The notes: generated by a model from the letters alone, not told the origin. Shown: positions 29,778 through 41,484, counted from the stretch's first letter. The stretch is DNA of 64,000 bases from Limisphaerales bacterium (GCA_965657355.1 CBFHOE010000002.1:504785-568784); one strand, 5' to 3'. Numbers and translations are program-made.

Positions 29778-30230
29778 ATGACCACACATCAGCTTACAGA
29801 AGAGAGTCACGCGGAGGAACATGGAATGGAACATGTTCGAGTCGAAACGCCATACGGTTTACTAGGATTTGAAACTATCAAAGACTATTACTTAATCAGT
29901 GACCCAGAGGAAAAACCGTTCATGTGGTTCCAAATGAAAGGAGATGAATCAGAAGCCAAGAGTTTCCTGGTTATTTCACCATTTGTTATTCACGAGGGGT
30001 ATTCTCCAGAGTTTTCCGATGAGGAAATGGAATCGATCGGCATTGAATCCGTCGAAGACGTTCTCCTAATCAATATCGTCACTATTCATTCCAAAGGCTC
30101 TGCTTCGGTAAATTTAAAAGGCCCAATCGTTATTAATAAAAGACTTTTAAAAGGCAAACAGATAGTCCCAATTAACGCAATGGATTACCGTGTTGATCAC
30201 CCGCTTACAACAGACTCAAATATTATTTAA
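29778..30230 (+). CDS. fliW: Flagellar assembly factor FliW
   Basis: GLLGFE, PFMWFQ, FLVISPF and SVNLKGPIVIN, adjacent to csrA. Confidence 0.92.
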   Translation: MTTHQLTEESHAEEHGMEHVRVETPYGLLGFETIKDYYLISDPEEKPFMWFQMKGDESEAKSFLVISPFVIHEGYSPEFSDEEMESIGIESVEDVLLINIVTIHSKGSASVNLKGPIVINKRLLKGKQIVPINAMDYRVDHPLTTDSNII

Positions 30231-30233
30231 TAG

Positions 30234-30488
30234 ATGCTCGTTCTCTCAAGAAAAGCCAATGAAAGCATCATCATCGATGGAGAAATAGAAATAAAAGTTA
30301 TCAAAGTCGATGGAGAAGTTACCAAGCTCGGGATTATTGCCCCATCTCAAATCCCGATCTTTAGGAAAGAAATTTACAAAGAAATACAAAACAGTAATCA
30401 AAAAGCAATAATCAAAGGAAAACCAAGTAAGGGAAGTCTCCCAAAAATACCAAGGTTGGACAAGGAGACGAAAGAGAATCAAGTTTGA
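30234..30488 (+). CDS. csrA: Carbon storage regulator CsrA
   Basis: [14 protein letters not shown]...KLGIIAP..IPIFRKE. Confidence 0.95.
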   Translation: MLVLSRKANESIIIDGEIEIKVIKVDGEVTKLGIIAPSQIPIFRKEIYKEIQNSNQKAIIKGKPSKGSLPKIPRLDKETKENQV

Positions 30489-30520
30489 TTCAACCCCTGT
30501 AGTAGAAAGGAATAAATGAT

Positions 30521-31324
30521 ATGGTAATCAATACTAACATACACGCAGAGGCGTCAGCCAATAATCTCAAAAGGAGTCAACACCTTTTAGGTAATTCACT
30601 TAAGCGTTTAAGCTCAGGTTCAAAAATAGTAAATCCATCTGACGATGCTGCAGGTCTAGCAGTTGTTTCAAGACTTGATGCTAAGACAGATAGATTATCG
30701 GCTGCCAGAAATAACGTCTCAAACGCCGTTTCATTCACCCAGACCCAGGATGGATATTTAAGCAACATTGCAGGCGCCTTAAACAGAATGAGTGAACTGA
30801 CTATCTTATCTCAGGACGTCACGAAGTCAGATGCTGATCGTGCTTTGTATAATGAAGAATTTACACAACTAGCCTCCTATATCTCAACATCGTCTCAGGC
30901 AGATTTCAATGGGGTAAGTCTATTCAGTGGAAATACAATGGACGTTACGATAGACTCAGAGGGTAATACCTTTTCAATGGCAGGTATTAATCTTTCGCTG
31001 ACAGATTACACTACCGCCACCTCATCAACAATAAATACCACGACTGCAGCGGCTGCAGCTCTGACCAGCGTGAAAGACGCCATCAATAAACTGTCGGCTG
31101 ATAGAGCGAAGATTGGGGCTTATCAATCGAGGTTGAGAATGACAGATGAACAAATTTCGGTAAGCAAAGAAAATCTAGTCGCCGCAAGCTCCGTGATCAA
31201 AGACGTTGACGTAGCTGAAGAATCCACAAATTATTCCAAATTTCAAATATTAACTCAATCGGGAACAGCAATGTTGGCTCAGGCCAATCAAGTACCACAG
31301 GGCGTTCTTAGGTTGCTTCAATAA
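30521..31324 (+). CDS. fliC: Flagellin (minimal, D0/D1 only)
   Basis: MVINTN, RLSSGSKI..PSDDAAGL, RAKIGAYQSRL, IKDVDVAEE and AMLAQAN. Confidence 0.95.
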   Translation: MVINTNIHAEASANNLKRSQHLLGNSLKRLSSGSKIVNPSDDAAGLAVVSRLDAKTDRLSAARNNVSNAVSFTQTQDGYLSNIAGALNRMSELTILSQDVTKSDADRALYNEEFTQLASYISTSSQADFNGVSLFSGNTMDVTIDSEGNTFSMAGINLSLTDYTTATSSTINTTTAAAAALTSVKDAINKLSADRAKIGAYQSRLRMTDEQISVSKENLVAASSVIKDVDVAEESTNYSKFQILTQSGTAMLAQANQVPQGVLRLLQ

Positions 31325-31369
31325 GTTTAAGAAAGAGAGAATATTACGAAATAAAATTGGTTTTCCTTG

Positions 31370-31403
31370 GCAGGCTCCCAAAACAGGGGGCCTGTTTGCT
31401 TTT
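31370..31403 (+). terminator. Intrinsic terminator after flagellin
   Basis: GCAGGCTCCC / GGGGGCCTGT stem followed by TTGCTTTT. Confidence 0.7.
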
Positions 31404-31479
31404 ATCAATCGATTTCATTTGGCGCAAATACCAAAGCGATATATGATTATATCAATCACCGGTGCTTATATTGAATGAG

Positions 31480-32628
31480 ATGACAGGCGAGAAAGAACAA
31501 ATAGTTAAAACGCAATTTTACGATCACGATCAACCTTTTGAGCTCGGGTGCGGATCTTTTGTAGAGGGAATGAGGCTCGCTTACGAAACCTATGGTGAGC
31601 TCAATCCAAATAAAGATAATGCCATACTCATATTTCACGCTCTCACAGGAAGCCAGCATGCAGCAGGTTTTAATAAATCCGTTGATGGAGCGCAGGATTT
31701 GTGGACTGAAGATTGTCATCTCGGATGGTGGAATGATTTTATCGGCCCAGGTAAGGGAATCGACACTAACAAATTTTTCGTCATTTGTATAAACTATTTA
31801 GGTGGATGTTATGGATCGACCGGACCGTCTTCAATAAACCCAAGGACCGGCCGCCCTTACGGAGGAGATTTCCCCCATATATCAATTTCCGATATCGTTA
31901 AATCTCAAAAACTAGTCATCGACCACCTTGAAATTGAAAGACTGCACGCTATCATCGGACCGTCCCTAGGGGGGTTAATGTGTTTAAGCTATGCTGGATT
32001 ATTCCCTGAAGGTGTAATCAATATCATTTCTATTGGTAGCGGGTATAAAGTCCCTGCTTTACAAAAGCTGCTCACTTTGGAGCAGATAATGGCAATTGAA
32101 AATGACCCCTACTTTAATGATGGCCATTACTATTCGGGAGCTAAGCCGCAGAGTGGATTATGTCTAGCCAGAATGATCAGCCATAAAACATTCATCTCAC
32201 TTTATTACCTTCAGGACAGGGCAAAAGGCGAAGTGAGACAACTCGATTCCCCCCTCAATTGGTATTCCCTTTCTGACCCAATGGAATCATACATGCTTCA
32301 TCAAGGGAAAAAGTTCGTAACTAGATTCGATGCGAATACATATTTGAGAATCATGGAAGCGTGGCAAACATTTGACCTTTTGGTTCATTCTCAAAAATCC
32401 TCTGTCAAAGAATTCTTCGATAAGAGCCGAAATCATAAATACCTTGTATTTAGTATCGATTCAGATGTTTGTTTTTACCCCGAGCAACAATCAGAACTAA
32501 ACCAGATACTAAAAGAGCACCAGATTCAATCAATGCACATAACAGTTCACTCCGAAAAAGGCCATGACAGCTTTTTGTTAGAACCTGATTTGTTTGCCCC
32601 TCATCTTAGCTTTAGCTTGGCCAAATAG
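31480..32628 (+). CDS. metX: Homoserine O-acetyltransferase (MetX family)
   Basis: HALTG, GGCYGSTGPSS, GPSLGG nucleophile elbow, RFDAN and GHDSFL. Confidence 0.92.
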   Translation: MTGEKEQIVKTQFYDHDQPFELGCGSFVEGMRLAYETYGELNPNKDNAILIFHALTGSQHAAGFNKSVDGAQDLWTEDCHLGWWNDFIGPGKGIDTNKFFVICINYLGGCYGSTGPSSINPRTGRPYGGDFPHISISDIVKSQKLVIDHLEIERLHAIIGPSLGGLMCLSYAGLFPEGVINIISIGSGYKVPALQKLLTLEQIMAIENDPYFNDGHYYSGAKPQSGLCLARMISHKTFISLYYLQDRAKGEVRQLDSPLNWYSLSDPMESYMLHQGKKFVTRFDANTYLRIMEAWQTFDLLVHSQKSSVKEFFDKSRNHKYLVFSIDSDVCFYPEQQSELNQILKEHQIQSMHITVHSEKGHDSFLLEPDLFAPHLSFSLAK

Positions 32629-32662
32629 TCTTTGGATTCAAAGATTACCCCCCTGAGGCGAA

Positions 32663-33733
32663 ATGGAAGATATTGTTTCAAAGACATTTGAATCGTTCTG
32701 GCATTTATGCTTGGAAATGAGCCCATGGCTAGTTTTGGGTTTCTTCGCCGCTTCCATAGTCAAATATCTTTTAAAGGATTCTTGGATCCAAAAATATTTG
32801 GGAAGTCCTGGCTGGAAAGGTGCAGTGGCAGCGACACTTTGGGGCATTCCCCTGCCCTTGTGCTCTTGTAGTGTTTTGCCAGTTGCGATGGTCTTTCGAA
32901 ACAAAGGAGCCAGCCCGGAATCCACGATATCGTTTCTTACATCAACACCGCAAACCGGAGTTGATAGCATTTTTGCCACTGCTGGCATTCTTGGGCTACC
33001 GATAGCTTGCCTAAGAGTATTGTCTGCTTTTGTTAGTGGTATCTTGTCAGGGAAATTCGCAGGTGGATTGGGAACCGAAACTTATAAACTATCAGCTGAG
33101 CCAGAAAACGAAGAAAGTTGTTGTTCTGGTAAGTCAGGCACAAGCGAACAGAAGAAAAACAGCCTCTTGGCATCTCTTTTTTATGGTTTTTGGAAAATAC
33201 CAAAAGAATTAAACAAGGCCCTTTTGGTTGGTTTAGTCATTGGAGCGGGACTGACACAATTGGGCTCCTTGGAAGGTGTTCAAGAATGGTTTCGAGTTCC
33301 AATTAAAGGATATCTTGTTGCCGCATTACTTGCCATTCCAATCTACACATGCAGCACGGGATCTATCCCAATGGCTATTGGCCTGGCCGCTTTGGGCGCG
33401 TCACCCGGAGCAACCATGATATTTCTTATCCTCGGCCCAGCTACAAATATTATCACCATCACCAGTATTGGAAAAATCATTGGAAGAAAGGCCACTTTGC
33501 TTTACCTCTTCATAGTGGCTACCACGGCATTTTCAACTGGAATATTTACTGATGTGCTTGGATTAGGCATACAGGCCAACCAACAGATGGTTCACAGCCA
33601 TCATGACACTCATTGGCTAAAACTGTTACTGACTTCAATTTTGCTAGGCATTCTCATTTTAACCTTTTTGCCTCTCTCCAGATTAAAAAAGAAAAAAAGT
33701 GATGATTCTGAGAATTGTTGTCAGGGTTCTTGA
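32663..33733 (+). CDS. ArsP/SO_0444-type predicted metal permease
   Basis: GIPLPLCSCSVLP, FLTSTPQTGVDS, YTCSTGSIP and GPATN, with multiple TM helices. Confidence 0.85.
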   Translation: MEDIVSKTFESFWHLCLEMSPWLVLGFFAASIVKYLLKDSWIQKYLGSPGWKGAVAATLWGIPLPLCSCSVLPVAMVFRNKGASPESTISFLTSTPQTGVDSIFATAGILGLPIACLRVLSAFVSGILSGKFAGGLGTETYKLSAEPENEESCCSGKSGTSEQKKNSLLASLFYGFWKIPKELNKALLVGLVIGAGLTQLGSLEGVQEWFRVPIKGYLVAALLAIPIYTCSTGSIPMAIGLAALGASPGATMIFLILGPATNIITITSIGKIIGRKATLLYLFIVATTAFSTGIFTDVLGLGIQANQQMVHSHHDTHWLKLLLTSILLGILILTFLPLSRLKKKKSDDSENCCQGS

Positions 33734-33793
33734 AATCATACAGAAATGACAAGGGATTGATTTAGATGGTTAGGCCCGGTATTATTAAGAAGT

Positions 33794-34372
33794 ATGAGTG
33801 GTTCAGACAATTCCAATTCCAGTAATGAGACCAAAAGCATGACTTGGCTATGCTTTGCTATGCTGACCGTCCTCTGTTTCGGTGTCTATGGTAATTTCCT
33901 GCATTCTGGGCAACTCGGAATGGATGACCCGGGCCTAGGCCGGATAAAAGCCTTTTTATTCGTCGGTGTTGCCTACTTTCTTGTGGCTGTTATTGGCCCC
34001 CTTGCTATTTTAAAAATTAAAAAAGCCTCCATGAAAATGACTGCGAAAGGTGTTATCTTTTCATTTCTGGCTGGAACAGCTGGTGCCGTCGGAGCATTCG
34101 GAATATTGCTTGCCCTTGGAGCCGGGGGTACGCCTGCAGTTGTTATGTCGATTGTTTTTGCAGGTGCTCCTATCATAAACGCCATTTATTCCATGATCGC
34201 GCATCCACCAGCAAATGGACTTGCTGGATTAAAACCTCAATTCTATTTGGGCATTATTTTGGCTGCGCTGGGAGGTGCTTTGGTTAGTTTCAATAAACCC
34301 AGTTCTAGCCCCAAACCTAATGCAGGCATCGAAATGAACCAGTCCATTGATAGCTCCCAAGCCAATCATTGA
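33794..34372 (+). CDS. Small membrane protein of about 5 TM helices, DMT/EamA-like
   Basis: Gly-rich TM helices, including VVMSIVFAGAPIINA. Confidence 0.6.
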   Translation: MSGSDNSNSSNETKSMTWLCFAMLTVLCFGVYGNFLHSGQLGMDDPGLGRIKAFLFVGVAYFLVAVIGPLAILKIKKASMKMTAKGVIFSFLAGTAGAVGAFGILLALGAGGTPAVVMSIVFAGAPIINAIYSMIAHPPANGLAGLKPQFYLGIILAALGGALVSFNKPSSSPKPNAGIEMNQSIDSSQANH

Positions 34373-34400
34373 TTTAGTATTCTAGATTCATTCTGAAAAA

Positions 34401-35684
34401 GTGAAGAATTTTAGACTCAATCTGATCAAGAGACAATTAGATGACCTGAAATCTCTTCTTTTTGAAGTTCAGAAAAGCAATTCATTTTATAAAGAGAAAT
34501 TTTCTAAAATAGGCTCGATCGATGAAATTAAAAACTTAGATGATTTTCAAAAACTAATCCCATTCACCACGAAAGATGAATTGAGTCAGGACCAAAACCA
34601 ATATCCTCCATTTGGTTCCAACTTAACTTACAAAATCTCAAAATACACTAGATTTCACCAAACATCCGGAAGCACTGGCGCCCCAATTAGATGGCTTGAT
34701 ACTCCAGAGGATTGGCAATCGATGTTGGAATCGTGGAAACAAGTATTCAAGGCCGCGTCATGTGAAAAGGGCGACAGAGTATTCTTTGCCTTTTCATTTG
34801 GACCATTTCTAGGATTTTGGACCGCATTTGAGGCAGCCCAACAATTAGAACTTCTATGCATCCCTGGCGGTGGTTTAAGTAGTTCGGGACGTCTAAATAC
34901 GATTTCGCAAACTCAAGCTAAAGTATTGTGCTGCACTCCGACATATGCCATCCACTTGGGCGAAGCGCATAATATGAATGATCATAAAATAAATCCAAAC
35001 TCCATCGAAAAGATCATAGTAGCTGGAGAGCCGGGGGGGTCCATACCGAGCGTAAAAGCTAGAATCCGAAACCTATGGCCCAATGCTACAGTCTTTGATC
35101 ATCACGGAATGACTGAAGTCGGGCCAGTGACTTTCCCTTGCACATCAATTGAAAACACCCTAAGAATCTTTGAAGAAAATTATTTCCCGGAAATTCTAGA
35201 CCCCCAGTCATTACAGCCTGTTGATTTTGGCGAAACCGGTGAACTGGTATTGACAACTTTAAAAAGAGTTGGTTCCCCCCTCATCAGATATCGCACTGGC
35301 GATTTGGTAAAATCGTGCTCACAACACGACTGGCAGGAAAACTACTTAGGTTTAGAAGGCGGGATTATCGGGCGAGCAGACGATATGATTATTGTCAGAG
35401 GAGTAAACATTTACCCATCTGCAGTAGAATCGATTGTAAGGAATTTTAATGAGGTCACGGAATACAAAGTCATCGTCGATGAGTCCGAGGCAATGACTCA
35501 AATTTCCCTTCAAATCGAAGATTCGTGTAACAATCAAACTGAAAAAAACGATTTAAAAAATAACATAGAATCTGCCCTAAGAAGGCAATTCAACTTGAGA
35601 GTTCCGGTTGACATTGCCCCACCCGGCTCATTGCCACGCTTTGAAATGAAAGCAAAGCGATGGGAAAAACAAACCAAGTCATAG
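34401..35684 (+). CDS. Phenylacetate-CoA ligase family (PaaK-like) adenylate-forming enzyme
   Basis: TSGSTG, AGEPGG, HGMTE, GELVLT, RYRTGD and GRADDM. Confidence 0.88.
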   Translation: MKNFRLNLIKRQLDDLKSLLFEVQKSNSFYKEKFSKIGSIDEIKNLDDFQKLIPFTTKDELSQDQNQYPPFGSNLTYKISKYTRFHQTSGSTGAPIRWLDTPEDWQSMLESWKQVFKAASCEKGDRVFFAFSFGPFLGFWTAFEAAQQLELLCIPGGGLSSSGRLNTISQTQAKVLCCTPTYAIHLGEAHNMNDHKINPNSIEKIIVAGEPGGSIPSVKARIRNLWPNATVFDHHGMTEVGPVTFPCTSIENTLRIFEENYFPEILDPQSLQPVDFGETGELVLTTLKRVGSPLIRYRTGDLVKSCSQHDWQENYLGLEGGIIGRADDMIIVRGVNIYPSAVESIVRNFNEVTEYKVIVDESEAMTQISLQIEDSCNNQTEKNDLKNNIESALRRQFNLRVPVDIAPPGSLPRFEMKAKRWEKQTKS

Positions 35685-35686
35685 AT

Positions 35687-36853
35687 TTATTTGCGACAGT
35701 GATTGGCGCAAAAATTCCACGAGTCTTGATTGGACCTGATTTTTGAATAGTTATTCAATAATTCAGTCACTCCTCCGACAGAATCAGCGATCTCCAAAAT
35801 TGAAGAATAAGAGTAACCCTCTGACAGAGATTTTAACAGAGGAAATACAGGCTTCTCATCAATCCAATACTTCTTATCCAAAAATATCATGGGGCTGGAA
35901 TAACCAGTTGTGGCGTAGTGATTTTGCGCTGCATCTTGAAAGATTTCCTGTATTGTTCCAGCGCTTCCCGGTGCGAATACAATGCCGTCATGGGCAACTG
36001 TAATAAGCCCCTCTTCGCGAATGCTGTTTGAGAAATACTTTGCAATGTGTGAGGCAAAAGGTGTCGGTGGTTCGTGTCCATAATGCCAAGTTGGAATCCC
36101 CAAGCTGATTCCTTTTTTCACATCATTGGACAATGAGGTAAAAACTCGATAAGCAGAACTAAGCCAATATTTATCCTTGTATGTGGGAGCCTCACAAAGA
36201 GTTTTTAGTGCCTCATCAATTTGCAATTCAGTGCAGTTTACCATCATAGCTCCCAGGTGGGTAGCCTCCATTGCACCTGGCCCTCCACCGCTGACCATCA
36301 AATAACCCGTATTTGTAAGCTCTCTGGAAAGAAAAACGATATCTCGATACCTGTTATTCTTTCGGCTTAAAGAATGCCCCCCCATGATGGCCACAACTTT
36401 TTGGTCTTTCCTCGCGTCCAGAAAATCATAGAGAGCATCTGAGATTGATTGATCGTGAATCCTTTGAAAAATACCACTAACTATGGATCGAGTCTCACTC
36501 CCCCCATTCTCCTTCCAGTAATTGTAAATTATTGAATCAGTACACTTACAATAAGTACACGGATCGATCAGATTAAAATTATCGAATAATTCTTCATGTG
36601 TATACAAACCCGCCCTAAAAGGCCGGAATGGCAAATGAGGAACTTGCGGCAACACATAGGCACCAAGGCCCTGAAGTTTATGCATGAGGTCAGCATCAAT
36701 GCGACAACCCAAAAAGAAACTCCCGTCCACAGAAAGATCATTTAAAATTTTTTGGTTTCCTGTGAGGTCAAGATCCTGGATTACAACATTATTTAACCGC
36801 CCATTTTCATTTATATATTTTTTAAGTTCAACCTCACTATGTATCTCTTTCAT
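35687..36853 (-). CDS. LOG/SLOG family Rossmann-fold protein with an N-terminal extension
   Basis: MGGH, SGGGPGAMEA, KYFSNSIRE and PGSAGTIQE. Confidence 0.8.
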   Translation of the reverse strand: MKEIHSEVELKKYINENGRLNNVVIQDLDLTGNQKILNDLSVDGSFFLGCRIDADLMHKLQGLGAYVLPQVPHLPFRPFRAGLYTHEELFDNFNLIDPCTYCKCTDSIIYNYWKENGGSETRSIVSGIFQRIHDQSISDALYDFLDARKDQKVVAIMGGHSLSRKNNRYRDIVFLSRELTNTGYLMVSGGGPGAMEATHLGAMMVNCTELQIDEALKTLCEAPTYKDKYWLSSAYRVFTSLSNDVKKGISLGIPTWHYGHEPPTPFASHIAKYFSNSIREEGLITVAHDGIVFAPGSAGTIQEIFQDAAQNHYATTGYSSPMIFLDKKYWIDEKPVFPLLKSLSEGYSYSSILEIADSVGGVTELLNNYSKIRSNQDSWNFCANHCRK

Positions 36854-36958
36854 GAAAACACCTCTCCAAAATTTATTTTTTGGCCATTTGGATTGTCTAG
36901 TGATTCATTACACTAATTTGATAAACCATTCAATGGCTTTCAACTTAGATACATTAAC

Positions 36959-36989
36959 AAAAACAAAAATGGGCGCCGTAAGGCGCCCA
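36959..36989 (-). terminator. Intrinsic terminator after groEL
   Basis: On the minus strand, TGGGCGCC-TTAC-GGCGCCCA followed by TTTTGTTTTT. Confidence 0.85.
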
Positions 36990-37018
36990 AGGAATAAATA
37001 TGAGGATATTAGTTGGAA

Positions 37019-38662
<1,644 letters not shown>

Positions 38663-38728
38663 CTATTTAATTAAATCAACTAGTTAATTTGAATTTGTTT
38701 GTGTAGGTTGTGAGGACCGATAGTCTGA

Positions 38729-39022
38729 TTACTGAACAACTGCGAGAATCTCGTCAGAATTCAGGATCTTGTATTCTTTCCCATCGATTTTGATTTCAGT
38801 TCCACCATATTTACTGGTTAGAACCTTATCGCCGACTTTGACTTCGAATGGAACTTTCTTCCCATCCTCGTCTGTTTTACCTGTGCCAAGAGCAACTATG
38901 ACGCTCTCAGTTGGTTTTTCTTTTGCAGAGTCAGGAATGATAATTCCGCCCTTCTTTTGTTCTTTCTCTTCTGCAGCTTCCACCAATACGCGGTCGCCAA
39001 GTGGTTTAACCTTTAATGCCAT
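38729..39022 (-). CDS. groES: Co-chaperonin GroES
   Basis: [21 protein letters not shown] and YGGTEIK. Confidence 0.99.
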   Translation of the reverse strand: MALKVKPLGDRVLVEAAEEKEQKKGGIIIPDSAKEKPTESVIVALGTGKTDEDGKKVPFEVKVGDKVLTSKYGGTEIKIDGKEYKILNSDEILAVVQ

Positions 39023-39277
39023 ATACTTTGATATATCTAATGATTGGTTAGTTTAAAAAGATTATCTCCTTGTTCCAGCAAGCGCTGCCGTCGGAGGAAA
39101 TGATCTTTTTGGGTTAGTTATTTTCCGACATTTTTGACTCAGCAAAGAGGAATCTTTCATTTGTCTCCCCTCTACTTTGACTAGTCATGATTGATCTAGT
39201 TGAGTCATAAATCCTTAAAATGGTTGTGCTCGGTTCAGGAATTCATTCTTTGAATTCCATAGATCCATTCATATTAC

Positions 39278-41215
39278 CTATTTTTTCTTATCATCGACGA
39301 CTTCAGCATCAATGACGTCGTCGTCAGAGCCTGAGTCTTCGGATTTCGTACTTCCAGCATCCTGGCCCGGGCCTTCTGCATCAGGGGCATCTGCTGGCTG
39401 GTCTTGAGCTTGTTGTGCCATCGCCTGGTAAAGCTCCTGAGAAATCTGCTGCAAAGCCTCAAATTTTGTTTTTATATCAGCGGAATCCTGTCCCTCAAGA
39501 GCATCTTTGAGTGCCTTGACAGCAGGTTCAACCTTTTCTTTTACGGGAGCTGGAATCTTGTCAGCATTATCCTTGAGCATCTTTTCAATTTGGTAGACCG
39601 TACTGTCCGCTTGATTCCGTGTTTCAATATCTTCTCGGCGCTTCTTGTCTTCATCTGCATGCTGTTCTGCTTCGTTTGCCATGCGCTCGATATCTTCTTT
39701 GCTTAAACCAGAGCTTGCTTCTATTTTGATTTTTTGCTCTTTACCTGTGCCAAGGTCCTTGGCGCTGACATCAAGAATACCATTAGCGTCGATATCAAAA
39801 GTCACTTCAATCTGAGGTCCTCCTCTAGGAGCTGGCGGAATATCTGACAAATTAAAACGTCCAATTGTTTTGTTATCCGCAGACATTTGTCTTTCTCCTT
39901 GGAGCACGTGTATATCAACACTTGGCTGGTTGTCTGCTGCAGTTGAGAAAATCTCAGATTTCTTTGTAGGGATCGTTGTGTTTCTCTCAATCAATTTTGT
40001 GAAAACGCCACCAAGAGTCTCAATACCAAGTGAAAGAGGTGTTACGTCAAGAAGAAGAACATCATTAACATCTCCCTTGAGAACCCCGCCCTGAACGGCC
40101 GCCCCAATAGCGACAACTTCGTCAGGGTTAACACCCTGGTTTGGTTTTTTGCCAATAAAAGCTTCAGCTGTTTCAACGACCCGAGGCATTCGTGTCATAC
40201 CACCGACCAAGACCATTTGGTCAATTTCTGAAGCGCTAAGTTCAGCGTCTTTGATACACGCTTCGGTAGGAATGCGGGTTCTTTCAAAGAGACTCTCGCA
40301 TATCTGTTCCATCTTTGATCTAGATAGCGTCATGTCAATATGTTTTGGCCCGGTCGCATCAGCAGTGATGAATGGAAGTTTCAAGTCGTATTGCTGCGCG
40401 CTAGACAGAGCAATTTTAGACTTCTCTGCCTCCTCCTTGATTCTTTGGAGTGCGTCGGGCTGACTCCTTAAGTCCATTCCGTTAGCCGTCTTAAAGTCAT
40501 CAAGAACATAATCCATAATGGCGTTGTCCCAATCATCTCCTCCAAGATGAGTATCTCCGTTAGTAGCTTTAACTTCGAAAACACCGTCACCTATTTCCAA
40601 AATAGAAATATCAAACGTACCACCCCCGAGGTCATATACGGCAATCTTTTCGTCGGATTTCTTGTCGAGTCCGTAGGCAAGAGAGGCAGCAGTAGGTTCA
40701 TTAATAATTCTGAGAACCTCTAACCCAGCAATTGCCCCCGCATCCTTTGTGGCTTGCCTTTGGGTGTCATTGTAATAAGCGGGAACTGTGATGACCGCCT
40801 GGGTAATCTTTTCTCCCAATTTGTTCTCAGCATCTGATTTTAATTTGCTGAGAATCATGGCAGAGATTTCAGGGGGACTATACTTTTTGCTCTCTCCATT
40901 GACGTCAACTTCAATAGCACAATCTCCATTATCAGCTTTGACTACAGCATATGGAACCCTTTTGACCTCTTCACCAACTTCATCAAATTTACGCCCCATG
41001 AAACGCTTCACAGAAAAAATTGTGTTTTTAGCATTTGTAACTGCCTGGCGTTTTGCTGCATCCCCGACCAGCCTCTCACCACTCTTAGTGAAGGCGACAA
41101 CAGAAGGTGTTGTCCGCTTACCCTCAGAATTTTCCAACACAACCGGATCCCCACCTTCCATAATGGACATACAGGAATTGGTTGTTCCTAAATCTATTCC
41201 TAATACTTTTGACAT
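39278..41215 (-). CDS. dnaK: Chaperone DnaK
   Basis: [24 protein letters not shown] and DVTPLSLG. Confidence 0.99.
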   Translation of the reverse strand: MSKVLGIDLGTTNSCMSIMEGGDPVVLENSEGKRTTPSVVAFTKSGERLVGDAAKRQAVTNAKNTIFSVKRFMGRKFDEVGEEVKRVPYAVVKADNGDCAIEVDVNGESKKYSPPEISAMILSKLKSDAENKLGEKITQAVITVPAYYNDTQRQATKDAGAIAGLEVLRIINEPTAASLAYGLDKKSDEKIAVYDLGGGTFDISILEIGDGVFEVKATNGDTHLGGDDWDNAIMDYVLDDFKTANGMDLRSQPDALQRIKEEAEKSKIALSSAQQYDLKLPFITADATGPKHIDMTLSRSKMEQICESLFERTRIPTEACIKDAELSASEIDQMVLVGGMTRMPRVVETAEAFIGKKPNQGVNPDEVVAIGAAVQGGVLKGDVNDVLLLDVTPLSLGIETLGGVFTKLIERNTTIPTKKSEIFSTAADNQPSVDIHVLQGERQMSADNKTIGRFNLSDIPPAPRGGPQIEVTFDIDANGILDVSAKDLGTGKEQKIKIEASSGLSKEDIERMANEAEQHADEDKKRREDIETRNQADSTVYQIEKMLKDNADKIPAPVKEKVEPAVKALKDALEGQDSADIKTKFEALQQISQELYQAMAQQAQDQPADAPDAEGPGQDAGSTKSEDSGSDDDVIDAEVVDDKKK

Positions 41216-41238
41216 ATAATTCTCTTTGGTATCCGACT

Positions 41239-41254
41239 AGCATTCTTTGGGCCA
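41239..41254 (-). promoter_or_regulatory. Candidate sigma-54 promoter of dnaK-groES-groEL
   Basis: Minus-strand TGGCCC-AAAGA-ATGCT with GG-N10-GC spacing, about 24 nt before the dnaK ATG. Confidence 0.55.
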
Positions 41255-41337
41255 TACCATTTTTATTCAAAAAATGATTCTTTTCTGAACTTTTTGGAAA
41301 TAAAATCGGGCTTTTGAGTAAAATTAAGAAAATTGAA

Positions 41338-41388
41338 TGAGTCACAAATGGCACACATAACTGAGCCATGTCACAGTCTTATGTCACA
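41338..41388. repeat. Cluster of TGWGYCA / TGKCACA half-sites (candidate activator-binding sites)
   Basis: TGAGTCA-CAAA-TGGCACA, CTGAGCCATGTCACAG and a further TGTCACA. Confidence 0.5.
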
Positions 41389-41430
41389 ATTTTAATAAAT
41401 AAAACGTTTGTGATTTCCTGAAGGGGGACT

Positions 41431-41459
41431 TTGACAAGTCGGGATGGAGTGATTAGCGT
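41431..41459 (+). promoter_or_regulatory. Candidate sigma-70 promoter of HIT-phoH-ybeY-recO
   Basis: TTGACA-N17-TAGCGT, then an AAGGAAGG ribosome-binding site and GTG at 41485. Confidence 0.55.
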
Positions 41460-41484
41460 GGTACCGAATAAGGAAGGAATAGTT

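Noticed and set aside
39023..41430. CIRCE operator at groES or dnaK
   Set aside because: No TTAGCACTC-N9-GAGTGCTAA was seen in either upstream region.
41431..41484. TTG start of the HIT ORF
   Set aside because: That TTG belongs to a TTGACA -35 box. The ribosome-binding site and family N-terminus point to GTG at 41485.
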